Source: Eledone cirrhosa (lineage: Eukaryota). Taken from it: a stretch of DNA of 64,000 nt. Below the pieces are notes generated by a model. That model saw nothing but the letters and a program-made list of their open reading frames with translations, ran no database searches and was not told the origin of the DNA. Below, one piece after another: positions 15,231-29,084 of the stretch (positions are counted from its first letter, which is position 1; each line of letters begins with the position of its first letter). A program made the translations under genes and the position numbers. The stretch lies in contig OZ024741.1 in assembly GCA_964016885.1 (NCBI GenBank), positions 276,768,001 to 276,832,000 of the forward strand. The letters run 5' to 3'.

Positions 15231-16264
15231 CATATGGGGAAAGTTGCAGACCTTTTTTTATTCACAATATGCATTTGTGTGTATGTATGTGTGTGTATAT
15301 GTATGTATGTGCGCGTGTGTATGAGTAAGTGTGTGAGTGAAAGTCTGTATATGTACGTGAATGTGCGTGAGTTCTCTCTTTATATACATATATGTGTATC
15401 TAAAGAGAGAGAGAGAGAAATAACTGGGAAGCGACACCAGTTCTGTATTCCATTGCAGTCACTTGTTGAAGAAGTGATTGACGAAAGAAAAAAGATCGAT
15501 GAATGGTGGTGGTGGTGTGGTGGTGGTGGTGTGGTGGTGGTGGTGTGTAAGTGTGGTTTGTGGTATTGGTGGTGGTGGTGGTGTGTAAGCGTGGTGTTGT
15601 TGTTGGTGGATAGGTGTGTGTTTTTGTTGATAGTTTTTGATCGACGTTGGTGTTGGTGACGGTGGTGGTGGTAGTGGTGGTTGTAGTTGTAGTGGTAGTG
15701 TTGGTGGTGGTGGTGGTGGCTGCGGTAGTGGTGGTAGTGGTGGCGGTGATTCTTGTCGTTGTGGTCACGGTTGTGTTGGGTTGGGGATGATGATGGTGCT
15801 GGTCGTTCTGGTGGTATTTATGATGTTGGTAGCGATAAGGGTTATTGTGGTGGTGGTGGCGATGGTGGTGGTGGTTGTAGTGGTAGTGGTAGTGGTGGTG
15901 GTGGTTGTGGTAGTGGTGGTAGTGGTGGTTGTGGTGATTGTCGTCGTTGTGGTCAAAGTTGTGTTGGTGATGATGATGGTGCTGGTCGTTCTGGTGGTAT
16001 TCATGGTGTTCATGATGTTTGTAGCGGTAATGGTCTTTGTGGCGGTGGTGGTGGTGGTGGTGGTGGTGGTGGTGGTGGGTGGGTGGGGGGTGGGGGGTGG
16101 GGGGTGATTGTCGTCGTCGACAGTGGTGGTTGTTGTGTTAGTGATGGTAGTGGTTGAGTTGATGACGATCGTGTTGCTGATGGTGATGGCGTTGTGGCGA
16201 TGGTGGTGGTAGAGAGAGAGAGAGAGAGAGAGAGTGTGTGTGTGTGTATGTGAGAGAGAGAGAG

Positions 16265-16313
<49 letters not shown>

Positions 16314-16442
16314 GAGAGAGAGAGAGAGAGAGAGTGAGTGAGAGAGAGAGAGAGTGTGTGTATGTGAGAGAGAGAGAGAGAGTGTGTGTGTATGTGAGAG
16401 AGAGAGAGATAGATAGATAGATAGAGAGAGAGATAGAGAGAG

Positions 16443-16492
<50 letters not shown>

Positions 16493-16762
16493 CAAGGATA
16501 TGAGTAACACGAGGAGGAGGAGGGGGGGTGTAAGAGGAATGTGACAATAAAAGATGGAATTTCTTTTCTAACGTTAACCACCTCCTTATCAATATTCCTT
16601 ACACCCTGTCACCCTGGCATTACCCTGTCACCCTGTCACCCTGTTGTGTGTTATGCCACCGTAGCTGGAAAGTAATAGGAAAGGAATTTTATAGCGTATA
16701 TATTTACACAGGCTCACACACACATATGTATATATATATGTATATTTATTTACATACACCTG

Positions 16763-16816
<54 letters not shown>

Positions 16817-16826
16817 ACACACACAG

Positions 16827-16857
<31 letters not shown>

Positions 16858-17299
16858 GGGGGGGGTGTATGTATGTGTGTATGTATGTGTGTGAGTGTGT
16901 GTGTGTGTGTGTATGTATGTGTGTGTGTGTGTGTGTGTGTGCGTGTGAGTGTGTGTGTGTCTGTGTGTGTGTGTGTGAGTGTGTGTGTGTATGTGTGTGT
17001 GTATGTATGTGTGTGTGTGTATGTGTATGTATGTGTGAGTGTGTGTGTGTGTGTGTGCGTGTGTGTGTGTGTGCGTGTGTGTATGTGTCTATATGTGTGT
17101 ATATATGTGTGTGTGTCTCTGTGTGTGAGTGTGTGTGTGTGTGTGTGAGTGTATGTGTCTATATGTGTGTATATGTGTGTGTGTATATCTATATTGCAAT
17201 GTTTATTAATTAATATTCGAACAAATTATACCTGTAATAATATCCAATCTTGACAGGTATGTCATTACACTAATTTCTACCTGATAGTTCATACACACA

Positions 17300-17512
17300 T
17301 GTCGGACCCATTCTGTTAACCGGACCATTTGTCGGACGCATTCTGTTAGTCGGACCACTGGTTGGACCCATTCTGTAAACCGGACCACTGGTCGGACCCA
17401 TTCTATAAACCAGACCTCTGGTCAGACCCATTCTGTTAACCGGACCATTTATCGGACCCATTCTATTAACCGGACCACTGGTCGAACCCATTCTATTAAC
17501 TGAAGCACTGGT
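17300..17512. repeat. 30-bp minisatellite, ~7 copies
   Basis: Unit gtcggacccattctgttaaccggaccactg. Confidence 0.9.
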
Positions 17513-18025
17513 TGTATGTTATGTTCATCGTAGAAACCGACACCATCCAATGTAGGCTGAATGGGTGACATTTAGGGCGGTGAGATTTCGCTGCTATTTC
17601 CAACAAATCCAGAGACCACATAGAGGGTGTATGCGTTCGTTATTGCTGCCTTGTTGTTGTTGTTGTTATTGTTGTTAGTGTTGCTGTTGTCGTTGGTGGT
17701 GGTGGTGGTGGTAGGTTGGGAGTGGGAGTAATAATGGTGGTGGTGGTGAGAATGAGATCTCAATACGTGTTATGTTGAGTAAATTTTATCTATATTTTGT
17801 GACTTCGAAAACCTGATCGTTCCGTGCATTCTCTTCATACAGCGAGGCCCAGCCAGGCCCAACCCAGCCCCCAGGTGCCGCAGCATATTCACATGTCTGG
17901 AATGCATGCAGCATCAGGTTGGAATTGGTATCTGATGTCGCTTACACAAAATATTGGAATCATAAAAGGTTTTCAAGGATTCATCAGGTTTTCTGTTTAG
18001 TACATATCTTTATTCTCCCCCCCCC

Positions 18026-18062
<37 letters not shown>

Positions 18063-18064
<2 letters not shown>

Positions 18065-18385
18065 ATGAAATGACAGGAGGCTGGATTTGTGTAAATCCTT
18101 GAAAGGTTTATTATACTATGATCATTTCAATGACTGGGTTCCGTATGAATCCGGTGATATCATCAGGTATTCGAAATATAATACGTGAATGTAATAGATA
18201 AAATCCATGGGGCTGAAAATCAGCCTCCTGTCATTTCATTATAATATTTAACTCCGTAATAGCACCACCAACTACAAAAACAAAGACGGCTGAACTGCTT
18301 TACGTTGAGTACTCTCTATATTATTGCATTACGATTGACCATACGGAATAGACCAGCTCTATACAATGGTGAACCTCAAACCTGA
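18063..18385. mobile_element. Fold-back PLE end remnant
   Basis: Inverted repeat 18061-18082 / 18221-18243; hammerhead inside; long arm carries cgttgagtact; (TA)n flanks. Confidence 0.7.
18113..18170 (-). ncRNA. Type I hammerhead ribozyme
   Basis: atac-CTGATGA-tatcaccggattc atacg gaacccagtcatt-GAAA-tgatcat-a-gtat; palindromic ATGATCAT stem III. Confidence 0.78.
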
Positions 18386-18418
<33 letters not shown>

Positions 18419-18840
18419 AATTAACACACACACACACACACACACATTGAAACAACAGGACTGTAAAATTTACTTTAGAATTTTAATTCCGCGAAAGCAC
18501 TATATACATTTCGATCGTTGAGCCCAGTCATCCGATTACCGACCCGAACCTCTTGTTCTATCCGTTGGTAAACAGCCTGACATAAATCATATATATACAC
18601 ACACATACACATGCTTAGGCACGTGCTCAAGTATAGCTCTTTTTACAAAACGCTTTTTTTTCCATTTCAGGTAGACGCGCTCCATCATCCACTTTTCTAA
18701 AAAATATATCATACACAAAACGCCAGCACCAACAGTTTTGCAAGAGATGTCAACATGAATGAACCTGTTATTTTTATCTAAAGACATTTTTTCCAATTCC
18801 AACCCGCCCGTCCCCTCAATCTATATTATCTCTAATTCTT

Positions 18841-18876
18841 TCTTCTGATGAAGGACTAGCGTCCGAAACGTTAAGA
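18841..18876 (+). ncRNA. Minimal type I hammerhead ribozyme
   Basis: tctt-CTGATGA-a ggac tagc gtcc-GAAA-cgt-t-aaga; palindromic AACGTT. Confidence 0.88.
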
Positions 18877-18983
18877 CCCTCTTCCTGCTATATCAAGCGT
18901 TAACCTAATATATATCTTCCATATACTGTACCGATTGTGTTGTTATTTCTGTTTACCTTCTACATACATTCATATATACATAG

Positions 18984-19031
<48 letters not shown>

Positions 19032-19042
19032 TCATTTCATCA

Positions 19043-19125
<83 letters not shown>

Positions 19126-19253
19126 TATATATATATATAGGTGTATGTTTGTATATCTAAAGATATACGGTATGTTTAATAAATAAACATTATGAAAGCC
19201 CAGCTGTTGGCCAGTGCCCCGTCTAGCGGATTCTAGCAGAAGTAACGGGGACA

Positions 19254-19296
19254 ACTGTCTATGCGCATTTCAAGCTCTGCCTATCATCAGAACAGT
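19254..19296 (-). ncRNA. Minimal type I hammerhead ribozyme
   Basis: actgtt-CTGATGA-t aggc aga gctt-GAAA-tgcgcat-a-gacagt; palindromic ATGCGCAT; lies within inverted repeat 19150-19168 / 19404-19422. Confidence 0.85.
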
Positions 19297-20349
19297 GCTT
19301 CCTCTGCTCTCTGCTGGAACTTGAAGCAGACGAAAATATATAGTTTTTTCGCTGATTAACCTCATTTGCATATGGAGCTGTGTACGTAGCTGTATGTGAA
19401 TTTCGTATATCTTTAGATATACGAAATATATATATGGGAATTGTTGTTTAAATTACCATAACAAATTAAATGAATGAGCACCCAATGCAAGTATGTAGAA
19501 TTTAAATTTTATTTCCTAAATAATAAAGTGGCAGTGACTTTGAAGTCACGCGTTACTACGTATAAAATATATTAAACCTAAATTTCAGCTTCTCGTTCTT
19601 AATATAAACACTCAGCTTATTATGCTAATAACCAGTAGATGTCAATGTTAATACACACTTTTAACGCTAAGTATCTAATTGATGTAAAAACATAGAGTGA
19701 TCTATGCTTGTATATATGTCACAAAATTGTAGGAATCTCAACCGTGGCAGTAGCTGTGAAAACAGCCAGATGCTATAATGCATAGCAAACGTCGAGTTAA
19801 AATATAACCCAATGAGATCGGAGGAACGATCAGAGAAGCAGGTGGGGTGAAAGAAAGAGAGCCTAAAGTATATGATGAGAAACGAGAGAAGTTTAGAGAG
19901 AGGGAAGAGAAGAAAAGCTAGAATGTGGAGCAATTTTTGTGTGTGTGGGCGGGGTATTTCGAAAGAGAGGGAGAGAGAAAATAACAGTTGAGAAAGGATG
20001 AAAAATGTAAACCAAACAGAAACAAAGAACTATAGTGTCGTAATCACCTTATCAGCTTCCTTCCAACCAAAATGATTTCGCGCGGTAACAGTTAGTATCA
20101 TTTATTTAAGATTGGCCCGCGCAACAGAATCAAAATTTCTGTTGGTATGAAGCTGGTATAAAGAGAAACAAAAGAAGACAAGAGAGCAATGGAAGAACGT
20201 CTACATCAAACCGTATTGCTCACTTGTCAACATCTACGATGGATCAGTTCCATATCGTAGAGTGCTTTTCTTACTATTACATCATGGTTTACTAACCGGA
20301 ATGACCAGTTCTACCCACACAACATAAATGGTATATGTATATATGCATA

Positions 20350-21102
20350 CTGTCACCTCTCCTGTTCATTATTTTCATGAACAGGATTGACATGCACAGC
20401 TAGGTTAGAAGTGGTATCGCGACTGGCAGATGAGCTGGAATTTGTAAATGACAATGTTACTTAACTCGACAGGAGGTGATCTCCGACTTACACTTGATAG
20501 GTTTGATACCGAGTACTACATGGCTGGAATGAAAATCAGAGCTGCGAAAACTAAGACACTTGTCCTCTCAAGGAAGCCTGCGCAATGCACTCAACAAGTT
20601 AATGGAGTTCCACTGAATGAAGTAGAGAAGTTTAAGTATCTCGGGGCCGTGTTCACGAGTGGTGTAAGGCAGGAGGCTAAATTAAGTGCAAGAATTGCAG
20701 GAGCTGATGCAGTAATGCACCAGCTTCAGCATTCGGTAATCAAAAGATGGGATGTAGGTGTAAAAACCAAACTCACTATCTTCAATTCAGTATCTGTGCC
20801 AAACCTTACCTATGGTCATGAATCATGGGTAATGACCAAAAGAATATGATGACGGATGCAAGTAACCGAAATGAGGTTACTCCGAAGGGTCTTTGGAGTA
20901 ACGTTACTCGATAAAGTGTGTAGCCCGGAGATCTGAGAGACACTTCAGGTAGAGTCGCTACTTGAGAGATCACAGCTCTGATACTATGAACATGTGGTTA
21001 GAATGTCTCAGACAAGAATCGCTAGACAGATTTTATGGGCAAAACCAGCCGACAGAAGAGCTAGACGTAGACCCCGAACAAGATGGTTGGATAACATCCA
21101 TG
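20350..21102 (+). mobile_element. RTE-clade LINE 3' fragment (degenerate)
   Basis: LSPLLFIIFM, KFKYLG, LTYGHESW, R..GRPRTRW-like C-terminus. Confidence 0.8.
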
Positions 21103-21936
21103 ATTACACCAATATATCCTGCATATATATAAATATATATAAATGTATATTTATATATCCTGTATATATACATTTGCGTGTTCAGCGACAGTCAACGAAA
21201 CTAAAATTAATAATTAGCAACATAGAGTAATATAATAAATATATCATCTCCTACACTTTGGTATTGAGTACATTTTCTTCGCGTTTGTAAACCCAAAGGT
21301 ACGGATATGTATTTATGTATGTATGTGTGGTGTGTGTGTGTGGGGGGTGGGGGGTGGGGTGGGTAGGGGCTTCTCTGCGTTTATTCATTCATTTGTTTTA
21401 TTTCGTTTCCAGCATCTGTTTCTTTGTGAGGAGTACTGCCTTTGTTACTTGATGATGATGATGATGGTGGCGGTGATGGTGATGATGTTGGTGATAATGA
21501 TGATGATGATAGTTGTGACGGTGATGGTATGATAATGATGATGATGATGATGATGATGATGATAAAAATGTTGATGCGATGATGGTGATGGTGATGATGA
21601 TGATGATGATGATGATGATGGCGGTGGTTGTGACGATGATGGTGATGGGGATGATGGTGGGGGAGATATTCATGGCGTATATGAAAAGAGATAAAAAGGA
21701 AAAGGGGAAAAGGAAAGAGCGTATGTGACTATGCATGTATGCACATGTGTGTGCGTATGTGTGTGGAAAAGTGGGGGCGGGAGTGGAGTGCACTAGACAG
21801 GAAGGGGAAAGCGAAACGAGGTCGAAAGAGAATCGTATAGAGACAAAGAGAAAGAAAAAATAGAGAGTGAAAAGGAAGGTAGAGTATAACTAATGTATAT
21901 ATATATATATATATATATTATGAAGAGAGAAGAAAC

Positions 21937-21998
<62 letters not shown>

Positions 21999-22238
21999 AT
22001 TATATATATATTATATTTATAAATTTATTATATAAATATTTATTATATTTATATATATATTATATTTATATATATTATATTTATATATATATTTTATATA
22101 TATAATATATATATATATATATAAATATATATAAAATATATATATATATAAATATACATATTATATATATATAAATATACATATTATATATATATAAATA
22201 TATATAATATATATATATAAATATAAATATATATATGA

Positions 22239-22287
<49 letters not shown>

Positions 22288-22327
22288 TATATATATGTAT
22301 ATATATATGTATGTACATATATATATG

Positions 22328-22400
<73 letters not shown>

Positions 22401-22418
22401 TACAGAGAGAGAGAGGGG

Positions 22419-22488
<70 letters not shown>

Positions 22489-23484
22489 GAGAAACGGAGG
22501 ACGTACGTGTGTGAATGGTAATAAAATAGTGTGACGACGAGGGAGCGAAGAAAAGAATGCAGTTTCTGAAAGAATGCAACAACGCATTGCATTGCGATGT
22601 GTTGTTGCATAGCAAAGCAAGCATGGCTGCTTTGCGCCATTACATTACATTGCATTGCAACGCAGCGCATGAACTTTATATATTATAATAGGTATTTGCA
22701 GTGTTGCTGCTGTGTTTGGTGTGTTGCTTCTTCTCTCTAATGCAAACATGCATCAGGTGAGTTGATTTGTATAGGAATGAGGAACTGATGTCGCTGATGT
22801 GGCCATCACGGGAAAAGAGGTGCTTTGTCAATGATATAATATAGCATGTAATTTAAACTGTGTGTGTATGTGTGTATGTGTGTATGTATGTAATGTATGT
22901 GTATGTGATATATGTATGTGTATTTATGTATGTATGTATGTGTGAATATATGTATAATTTTTCGACTGTTTGTTTGTTTGTGTAAATGTATGTCTTTATG
23001 TATGAGTGTATTTATTATGTATGTATGTATGTATGTATGTATGTATGTATGTATGTATGTATGTATGTATGTATGTATGTATGTAGGTTTGTATGTCTGT
23101 CTGTATGTGTGTATGTATGTATTTATGTGTGTGTGTGTAAGTATGCATGTTTGAATAGGTAGATAGAAATATGTAGTATATGTAAGTAACGGGTAGATAA
23201 TTTAGTACATAGGTTGGTTGGTAGGTAGATAGATATCTTTCTTTATTTGCCACAGGGGCGTACAAAAATGGGACATTACAAGACGTGACGGCGGGGGTTT
23301 TACATAAAAATAACTTTAACATTAATAAATAACAATAAACTATATATAATAAAATAACAATTGAAATCCCCAATAGGGGGAACGTTACTGCAGGGTTGTT
23401 TTACACCCCGTGGATAGAACAACCCTCAACACCAGGAAACGTTTTGTAGGTGTTCCTGTCTTCCCTCTGTTTATCTTCCTCAAC

Positions 23485-26400
23485 CTACAGGTTTATATAC
23501 AGAGAAGGCCCATTCACTCGGGCCATTTTCGCCACATTCACCCACCTTTCAGCGAATTTACTGGGGTGTAGCTCCTCTCCCTCCACTCTCACCTTCCTTC
23601 TGAAGTGATACTTAAAGAAGGGGATAAGTTGTTGTCCGGAGAGAAAGGTGTTTTCCCTCAGTCCTTTTAAACTCGTCCACCATATTACCTCTTTCGCCAT
23701 AGCCACCAGACAGGAAAACCGCCTTTCCTTCGTTCTTAAATGAAGGCGGCGGGGTGATCCTCACGATGGACTCGGCTGACAACTGAATGCGTCCCACACG
23801 TGACATTAGTGTTCGACACAATTCAACAGGACGGTCACCCCTGGGCACTGAACAATTGCGTGCAGAACGGTTTCGATGTCCTGCTCTCATCTTGGACAGG
23901 TCCTTTTGGCAGGATCTCTGCCAGAGCGTCCGTGCCTGTAGATTTTGTCTCGAACTGGTAGAACTCCTCGGTAGCACTGCCAGGCCAGAGACCTCTGGAA
24001 GTTATCCATAGGCCCTGGACGGAAAGTCCTCCCCGAACAGACTGGTCAGTTCGTCCTCCTCGATGCCTAGACTTTCTCCGGGAACGTCGTCGCACTTATC
24101 CTCCACTAATCCCCTATAGAATGTCGAAGTGGAGTCTCCGCTGATTGCCGTTTCCGCTTGGTAGAGGGCTGTGAGCGCCTGTAGGCACTCGAGGTGCCAG
24201 GCACCCATTTTCGGTCTTCACTTGACCCACGACTGCAGCTCTGTTAGTGAGACGAGTTGTGGAAGAGCTTGTCTCACAAACGACAGCCACACCGGTTCAC
24301 CGATCAGGAATACCTGGAGATGGTGTAGTCTCAGCGCATGTTTGCGCATCATCAGCCACGGCATGCCCAGCCCTCCGTTAGAAGGGTGTTGACAGCAGAT
24401 GGATCTCTTCACCAATGGAGCATGTTTCTTCCAGAGGAACTTGAAGAGTAGGCGTTCCATTTTGGTAAGGTATTCGCGGGGGCAAGGCACGACTGTCAAG
24501 CGGTAGGAAATGACGGACGCTATGTAAGTGTTCGCCACCTCCGCTCGACCTTTCAAGGAGAGTTTGCACTCAGCCCTGGAGGTCTGGACCAAACCATACC
24601 CCGAGCAATTTCACCGGTCCTTCCGCCCAGCGTCCAACGACACTGTCGGAAGGCATGGGTTTGCCTCGCCATGTGCCGAGTTGCAAACCGACAGATTTGT
24701 TTGGGTTTAGTCTTGCTCCTGTCAACGTTTCGTATTCCTGTGGACGTGGAGCAATCGCACTGGGTCTTCTAGATAGTATTTAGATAGATTTTTAATTAGA
24801 CAGATTGATAAGGAAACATTAAGCTGTCCAAAAATGCACATGGTTGCCTATTCAGACCACAAATTAGTCACCTGCGTAGTCAACCTTGATAGAACACATA
24901 GACAGGGACCCGGATACTGGAAGCTAAACATGTCGCTCCCGGCGGTGTATCACGACTCTCGAGCACGGATGCGGAGAGCTGCGAAAAGCCGATCACAGCG
25001 GGCGATTACCCCGATTTCCGAGGTTTTCGATACCATTACAGTTATGTCGTCGGCATAGGCCGACGCTGCTTTCCGCAGTCCTGGTTCGAACGGGATGCCC
25101 TGCAACAGCTCCAACTTCCGCAGTAACGGCTCGAGAGTCAGTACATACAGAATGGAGGAGAGAGGGCATCCCTGACGGATGGAACGCATGATTTGGAATG
25201 GCTCTGATAGGTAGCCATTCACCTTGACTGCCGAGCAGATGCTGGTGTGCATGGCAGCGATCCAGCCTCTTAAGACGGGACCGAAGCCGGCCGCCTTGAG
25301 AACTGCTTCCAAGTATTGATGGTCGACCCTATCAAATGCCTTAGACTGATCTAAATTGATCAGAGCCCCACCGAAGCCAGGTTTACACCCAACCATCTCT
25401 ATGATGTATCGCATGAAGTGGAGGTTGTCGTGTATGGACCTGGGCGGGATTGCACACGTTTGCGCTTCCCCTACCAGGTTCTCGCTGCTAACAGCTTGGC
25501 CAAAATATTTAACTCTGTGTTGAGTAGAGTTATGGGCCTGAAATTGCTTATCTCATCTTTCCTAATCAGCGTTACTACGCCTCTGCCTACAGAACTGGGA
25601 ATCCTCCGGTTCTGCTGCCAGTTGCAGTAGACCGCTTTGAGGACGCCAGAGAACAAGTCTGGCATGCCTATGTAAAACTCATAGGGTAGACCATCTAAAC
25701 CGAGTGATTTGCGTTTCCCGCAGCGGCCTAGGGCATCTATTTCGCCCGCTGTGATCGGCCTTTCGCAGCTCTCCGCATCCGTGCTCGAGAGTCGTGATAC
25801 ACTGTCGAGGTAGGAGCTGAAGTCCATCACCACGCTCGATGTACCGCTTTGCCCGAACAGTTGTGCAAAATGTTGCTGGAAGGCCGTGCACATCTGCTTG
25901 GATTCAAGTATAATGCGTCCATCTTTGTCTTGCAAAGACCGAATTGTGGATTTGTTGTCACTTTTCGCCTCTGCCACTCGGGCCCAGCTAACAGCTTTGG
26001 CTCCCTCGTTTCTTAGAGCACTTGTTCTACTTCTGACAATACAACCTTCGTGTTTCACGTTGAAGAACTGGTCTAGTGCCGTTCTCGCCGCTAGCACGTC
26101 AGCTGCACTGCCATTCCTAAGTACCTCTTCTATTTTAGCTACCAGTTCCTTTTCAGTTTTTTTTTTCTAAAGCTACTTCCTTGCTAAATGCTATCGATTC
26201 TATTCTAATTGCTCTCTTGAGAGAGCTCCACCACCTGTTGTTGACGATCGCCCCCGTCAACTGGCACTTAACTAAGGTGCTAATCCGTTTACTGTAGGCC
26301 TTACCCGCCGGGAGCGACATGTTTAACTTCCAGTATCCGGGTCCCTGTCTATGTGTTCTATCAAGGTTGACTACGCAGGTGACTAATTTGTGGTCTGAAT

Positions 26401-27050
26401 AGGCAACCATGTGCATTTTTGGGCAGCTTAATGTTTCCTTATCATTCTGTCTAATTAAAAATCTATCTAAATACTATCTAGAAGACCCAGTGCGATTGCT
26501 CCACGTCCACAGTGGTGCACTTGGGAAGTCTATCAGCCAGTTGGAATTGGCTGATGATATTTTTGAGGCTATTACACCCCCTCTATTATCACAAGCTCCT
26601 ACATAGTACCAACGTGCGTCTAAGATGCTATAGTCCCCCGTTAACACTAAGGAGCGAGACGTTCCCAGGAATGACTCCAGACGTTTGAAGAACTCTGGTC
26701 GCGATGTCCCAGTCGGGGCATATACGGCCACCAGTCTGAAAGCTCCACCTTCACTACCATTCACATCCAGGACCACCAGGCTGCCCTCCGGGTCCAAGTG
26801 AATCGTCTGTATTTTGAGATCCAAGTTTTTTCGAAACAGAACAGCAACTCCCCTCCACCTCCTGGATGACAGAGAGATGCGTAGATCTCAAAATCATCGA
26901 ACATGGAGGTTAGCTGCTGCTTGTTGTGAATCCTGGACTCGGTGATGGCTATCACATCTAAACAATGTAACCTGAGATTATTTAAAAGCTGTATGTATCC
27001 AGGACATGTCCAGGCCACATACATTCAAACATCCAGCTTGTATAGTCGCC
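23485..27050 (-). pseudogene. Tx1 ORF2 (APE endonuclease + RT), disrupted
   Basis: IAITES, VAVYAP, SDHK, GPGYWKLN, GLDGLPYEFY, NFRPITLLN, LDQSKAFDRVDH, RQGCPLS, YADD, GGLGMP. Confidence 0.92.
24738..25005 (+). repeat. Inverted templated insertion inside the RT
   Basis: 24738-24945 = revcomp of 26305-26512; 24946-25005 = revcomp of 25742-25801. Confidence 0.9.
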
Positions 27051-27197
27051 ATGTTGGTGAAGAAGAGTTAGAGAGAGAAAAGGCAGGAACACTTACCTTT
27101 TCGTTTCCTGGAGGTCGGGTTGTTCGATCTTCATGTCCAGATTGGTGGTGTTTGGGGAGGTAGGGAATCCTTTTAGCAGCACACGGTTAAGGGGCTT

Positions 27198-28881
27198 TTA
27201 AAGTTCATACTGTAGGGTTGTTACCCTGATAAGTTTGAGGTTTGGGGGTGGGTCATTGGTGGGGAAAGTTTCCCCTTCCGTTTGTATTGTGGGGTCCTTT
27301 CGGACAGTTTCCACCAGTTCTTTGTTTCTTGTTTTTATATATGTGTAATGTGTTTTGTTTTTTATGTGTAATGTTTCTGTTTGTAGTTTTCTTTTTGTGG
27401 TTGAGGTTTGTGATTGCGGTGGTGTGGGTCTTTGTTTTGTTGGTGAAGTGTCTGGTTGTGGTGGTGGTGTGGTTGTCGTTTGAGGCGGTATGTTTATGTC
27501 AGTGTTGGATTTTTGGGGTTCCTCTTCATCCTCACTTGGAGATGTTGCGGTTCCCGTGTCTGAGGTGTTATCATTGTGGGTATGTGGGAGGGGTATGTTG
27601 TGTTGTGGTGGAGTGTTTGTGGGAGTGTTGGACCGAGGGAGAAGGGGTGCGACAGAGTCCTTCAGGGGAATTTTTGGTGTGTGTCTTTTGTGGTTTATGA
27701 TAGTTAGGTGAATGTTGATGGTTTGGGGGTTGTTTTTTGTTTTCAGGTGTGTCTGTTGTAGTTTTGGGGCTGGCAACAACGCCTTCTTTTGTTTTTCCAC
27801 ATCCAACATTGGGCAAAATGCTTTTAAATGTGCTTTTTTTCCACATTTGAAACATTGTGGTCTTCTGCCCTCCACTGCGATGTGGACAACATGGTTATCA
27901 TCCACCGGCACCCTTTCCGGTATTTTTCCAATCCTATCCGGTTTCATTTGAACTAAAATCTCAATTGAGGTCCCGCTCCAGTTCTGTCGGATTGATTTTT
28001 TTACAGAGAGGAGTTTGTCTTCACCCTCCTCCAAAATACCACCCAGGATCCACCAAATGTTGGTGTTCGGTGGGATCTAGGAGATCCTTATTTTATGGGT
28101 TCTTCTTCCCATGTATGTTGGGATGAAGATGTGTTGGCTCGTTCTAATTGGAGCCACCGAATATTTCTGGGCGAGGGCCTCGCTTTTAAAGAGCACCGAG
28201 ATGCTCCCGTACTGCTTGGCCCTCTGGGGGTAAGCAATGTCTGGCATTGCCTCCTTTAGCGCGGTTTCCACCGTGCTATTGCTGAAAGCCATCGGTTTCT
28301 TGGTTTGTGAGCAGATCGTCCGGAAGAAAATTGTTTTTCTTAAGGTCGCGGCTCTAATTTCCGGTGGGGTACTTATTCGAAAGCCGTTACCTTCGAAAGT
28401 TATATGTTGCGCAGCGTCCTTTAGGTGCTGCGCTTGGTTTGACAGATCTATCTGTATAAACTCTGTCTCTTTGGTAAGGCTTTCTGCAAACGTTTGTTTT
28501 CTTTTAGTGTGTTTGGTTGTTTTCGTTTGTGCTGGAGTTGTTGTTTTTGTTGGTCTTGTTATTGTTGTTGTCTTCGTTGTTGGTGGTGTTGTTTTCGTTC
28601 ATAGCATTGTTGTTGTTGGTGGTGGTGGTGGTGGTGGTGGTGGTGGTGGTGGTGGTGGTGGTGCCGCTGGTTGTGTTGTTTTTGTTCATTGTTTCACACT
28701 TTTGGTTTTGGTTTGTTGCCATGGCAACGTCAAGTTGTTGGTCAGCAGGTGAACAAAATCCTTCTTCTGTCTGACCTTTGTCTGAGATATCTGCTACTAT
28801 GACAGTGGAAGGGGGAAGCTGTAAGCATATCTTCCCCTTTCCTCCTTCGAATGTTGGTGAAGAAGCTGTTGCTTCAGCCAT
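27198..28881 (-). pseudogene. Tx1 ORF1 (frameshifted) with zinc knuckle
   Basis: EGRRPQCFKCGKKAHLKAFC; RRM-like upstream segment; low-complexity N- and C-termini. Confidence 0.82.
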
Positions 28882-29084
28882 TTCTTTTTTAAAACGTTAG
28901 TTTTTCCAAAAGTTTTTTTTATGAACTATTTCGCCTAAAGGCGTAGAATATTTTGAGAGACTGACCAGATCAAAATTTGACCTGGCAGTCCCTCTACAAA
29001 TTGGTATAAATGAAGGTTCACAGTCAAGAATTTCTATAGAAATTTAAGCAGAACTTACCCAGCAAGTTTCACGCGTGTGTCCAT

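Larger units (their letters stand above)
23237..29083 (-). mobile_element. Near full-length Tx1/L1-clade LINE
   Basis: ORF1 with CCHC knuckle, ORF2 APE+RT, AATAAA then (aaag) 3' end; both flanks are (GATA/GGTA)n. Confidence 0.92.

Noticed and set aside
22772-22795. 24-nt motif as a miR-1-like microRNA (GGAAUG seed)
   Set aside because: No pre-miRNA hairpin, and the seed is not kept in all four copies.
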